From: Bacteroidales bacterium
GTDB lineage: Bacteria > Bacteroidota > Bacteroidia > Bacteroidales > P3
DNA length: 43,930 nt
Direction: 5' to 3'
NCBI GenBank assembly: GCA_031552355.1
Contig: JAVBMO010000069.1
Location: 1-43,930, forward strand
The notes under the pieces are model-generated. The model saw nothing but the letters and a program-made list of their open reading frames with translations. It was not told the DNA's origin and did no database searches. Of this stretch, positions 42,322 to 43,930 are shown in pieces. The position numbers and the translations under genes are program-made. Each line of letters starts with the position of its first letter. The first letter of the stretch is position 1.

Positions 42322-42341
42322 CGTTGTATTCTAGTTTTCAA

Positions 42342-42809
42342 TTACACTCTGAAATGTGAGAAAGCTTTGTTAGCTTCTGCCATTCTGTGAGTATCTTCTT
42401 TACGTTTAAAAGCAGCACCTTCTTCTTTAAAAGCAGCTACAATTTCGCCGGCCAACTTCATAGCCATTGATTTTTCATTTCTTTTTCTCGCAAATCCTAT
42501 AAGGTTTTTCATACCTATAGACATTTTGCGGTCAGGCCTGATTTGAGTAGGAATTTGGAAGTTTGCACCACCGATTCTTCTACTTCTAACTTCAACAGAA
42601 GGAGTAACGTTTGCCAATGCTTTTTTCCAAACATCCAATCCGTTCTCTTGTGTTTTTTCGCCTACTACCTCAATTGCTGAGTAAAATATTTTGTAGGCTA
42701 AATCTTTTTTACCTTCAAACATCATATTGTTAACAAACTTTGTTACCAATGTATCGTTGAATTTTGGATCTGGTAAAATAATTCTCTTTTTTGGTTTGGC
42801 TTTTCTCAT
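42342..42809 (-). CDS. rpsG: 30S ribosomal protein S7
   Basis: [35 protein letters not shown].. is the S7 N-terminus. Confidence 0.97.
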   Translation of the reverse strand: MRKAKPKKRIILPDPKFNDTLVTKFVNNMMFEGKKDLAYKIFYSAIEVVGEKTQENGLDVWKKALANVTPSVEVRSRRIGGANFQIPTQIRPDRKMSIGMKNLIGFARKRNEKSMAMKLAGEIVAAFKEEGAAFKRKEDTHRMAEANKAFSHFRV

Positions 42810-42839
42810 ACTAATTCAAAAGCTTATATTTTCAATAAT

Positions 42840-43220
42840 TTATTTTCCGGCTTTAGGTCTTTTTGCACCATATTTTGAGCGTCTTTGCTTTCTTCCTTCA
42901 ACACCAGAAGTATCCAAAGCACCACGAATAATGTGGTATCTTACACCCGGAAGGTCTTTTACACGGCCTCCTCTGATCATTACCAAAGAGTGCTCTTGCA
43001 AGTTGTGGCCTTCGCCCGGTATGTAAGCATTTACTTCTTTACCATTGGTTAATTTTACCCTTGCAACCTTACGCATTGCTGAGTTTGGTTTCTTAGGCGT
43101 AGTTGTGTACACACGTGAACAAACTCCTCTGCGTTGTGGGCAAGAATCCAAAGCTGGAGACTTACTTTTATACTCCATTTTTTTGCGTCCTTTACGAACT
43201 AACTGTTGAATGGTTGGCAT
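42840..43220 (-). CDS. rpsL: 30S ribosomal protein S12
   Basis: [14 protein letters not shown].. and ..[20 protein letters not shown].. Confidence 0.97.
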   Translation of the reverse strand: MPTIQQLVRKGRKKMEYKSKSPALDSCPQRRGVCSRVYTTTPKKPNSAMRKVARVKLTNGKEVNAYIPGEGHNLQEHSLVMIRGGRVKDLPGVRYHIIRGALDTSGVEGRKQRRSKYGAKRPKAGK

Positions 43221-43270
43221 ATTATCTATTTAATTGTTATATTATGTTCTAAAAAGTCTATTTAGGGGTG

Positions 43271-43300
43271 CAAAGGTACAATTAAATTTTTAATTAACAA
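43271..43300 (-). promoter_or_regulatory. Putative promoter of the rpsL-led ribosomal supercluster (-7 TACCTTTG, weak -33 ATTG)
   Basis: On the minus strand, TACCTTTG is the complement of 43271-43278, 50 nt upstream of the rpsL ATG. It matches TAnnTTTG. After a 19-nt spacer comes ATTG (complement of 43298-43301), a near-match to TTTG. Confidence 0.45.
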
Positions 43301-43467
43301 TACCCTGTGAAAAAAAATATGATTTTATTTTGACTTTCAGCCTCTAAGAGCTTTTACCAAGTTCCCTTAAATCTAATGTCCATATGGTTTCCCTTTTCTC
43401 GAAAAATTTTGTTTTTACTTTTTGAAAAATAAACTTTTATCTTCCGCTTTTTCTAAAAAGTCTTTCT

Positions 43468-43475
43468 TAATTTTG
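43468..43475 (+). promoter_or_regulatory. Putative -7 promoter box (TAATTTTG) for the HAD hydrolase gene
   Basis: TAATTTTG lies 20 nt upstream of the ATG at 43495. I found no clear -33 TTTG. Confidence 0.35.
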
Positions 43476-43494
43476 TGGAAAATTTTTATACGAA

Positions 43495-43930
43495 ATGTAC
43501 TTTACCGATATTTTTTTTGATTTGGACGGAACACTTTGGGATTTTGAACAGAACAATACAGCTGCATTATATGAGCTTTTTGTTTATTTCGAGCTGTCCG
43601 ACAAATGCCGGTGTTCGTGGGAAGACTTTCTGAAAATTTACAAAACCGTTAATCACAGCCTTTGGGACGAATACCGTGCCGGACGCCTGTCGAAAGAGAT
43701 TCTTTTGGCAAAACGGTTTTCGCTTCCGCTTGAATATTTCAATGCAGGTGATTTTGCCTTGTCCAAGCAATTATCCAATTTTCATTTGCAAAACATGCCG
43801 TTGAAAACGACTTTATTGCCTTTTGCCAAAGAATTATTATCCTATTTGAACGAAAAGAACTACCGGCTTCACATCCTGACAAATGGTTTTTGGGAAATCC
43901 AACAAGCGAAATTGGATTCTTGCGGAATTC
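43495..43930 (+). CDS. HAD-superfamily hydrolase (YjjG/noncanonical nucleotidase-like), N-terminal fragment running off the window; not in the supplied ORF track
   Basis: The ATG at 43495 opens a frame with no stop up to nt 43930: MYFTDIFFDLDGTLWDFEQNN...LPFAKELLSYLNEKNYRLHILTNGFWEIQQAKLDSCGI. HAD motif I is DLDGTL, and a motif II-type ILTNG lies downstream. Confidence 0.8.
   Translation, partial: MYFTDIFFDLDGTLWDFEQNNTAALYELFVYFELSDKCRCSWEDFLKIYKTVNHSLWDEYRAGRLSKEILLAKRFSLPLEYFNAGDFALSKQLSNFHLQNMPLKTTLLPFAKELLSYLNEKNYRLHILTNGFWEIQQAKLDSCGI

Noticed and set aside
43247-43463. 13-nt direct repeat TTCTAAAAAGTCT (43247-43259 and 43451-43463) in the divergent rpsL / HAD-hydrolase promoter region
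   Set aside because: The repeat is short, AT-rich and occurs as a single pair within AT-rich intergenic DNA. Chance cannot be excluded and no palindromy suggests an operator.
43567-43770. Minus-strand 67-aa ORF in the last 400 nt
   Set aside because: It is antisense to the plus-strand frame that encodes a clear HAD hydrolase N-terminus (DLDGTL motif), so it is a shadow ORF.

Overview
AT-rich Bacteroidota-type chromosomal segment, judged from T9SS C-terminal sorting domains, TTTG/TAnnTTTG promoter boxes and Bacteroidetes-style ribosomal gene order. It has three parts. (i) nt 1-231 is the 3' end of aroE. (ii) nt ~240-21,550 is an accessory region, entirely plus-strand, dominated by exported proteins. 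It begins with about 1 kb of hairpin/palindrome-rich non-coding DNA, an (AC)16 microsatellite and an HU/DUF4469-type DNA-binding gene. Next come two paralogous giant (1776 and 1751 aa) T9SS cargo genes, separated by a small lipoprotein gene. Six further secreted or lipoprotein genes follow: a YiiX-like permuted NlpC/P60 hydrolase, a DUF4878-like protein, a YD-repeat-like protein, a WG-repeat protein, a beta-helix protein, and a T9SS protein with four YFxDxDPG repeats. (iii) nt 21,618-43,220 is minus-strand housekeeping. It holds an orphan OppC-like ABC permease, a DeaD-like DEAD-box helicase, and an uninterrupted str-S10-spc-alpha cluster (rpsL-rpsG-fusA-rpsJ ... rpoA-rplQ, including rpmJ, which the ORF track misses). 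The 5' end of a HAD hydrolase starts at 43,495 and is also absent from the ORF track. I saw no rRNA, tRNA, CRISPR, integrase, transposase or recognisable defence genes. The most interesting signals are these. The two giant genes are built from 20 copies of a Cys-patterned, PPC-like ~100-120-aa module that I cannot assign to a characterised family, and its cysteines covary. Their C-terminal sorting domains are homogenised except for a swapped cassette that matches intergenic motifs. An (AC)16 tract lies in a possibly leaderless small ORF with all three frames open downstream, directly upstream of the HU/DUF4469 gene. Several non-coding elements are duplicated: a promoter plus leader, a ~100-nt intergenic element, and a 54-nt start region. 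Domain-family names are read by eye, without HMM or BLAST, and need confirmation.
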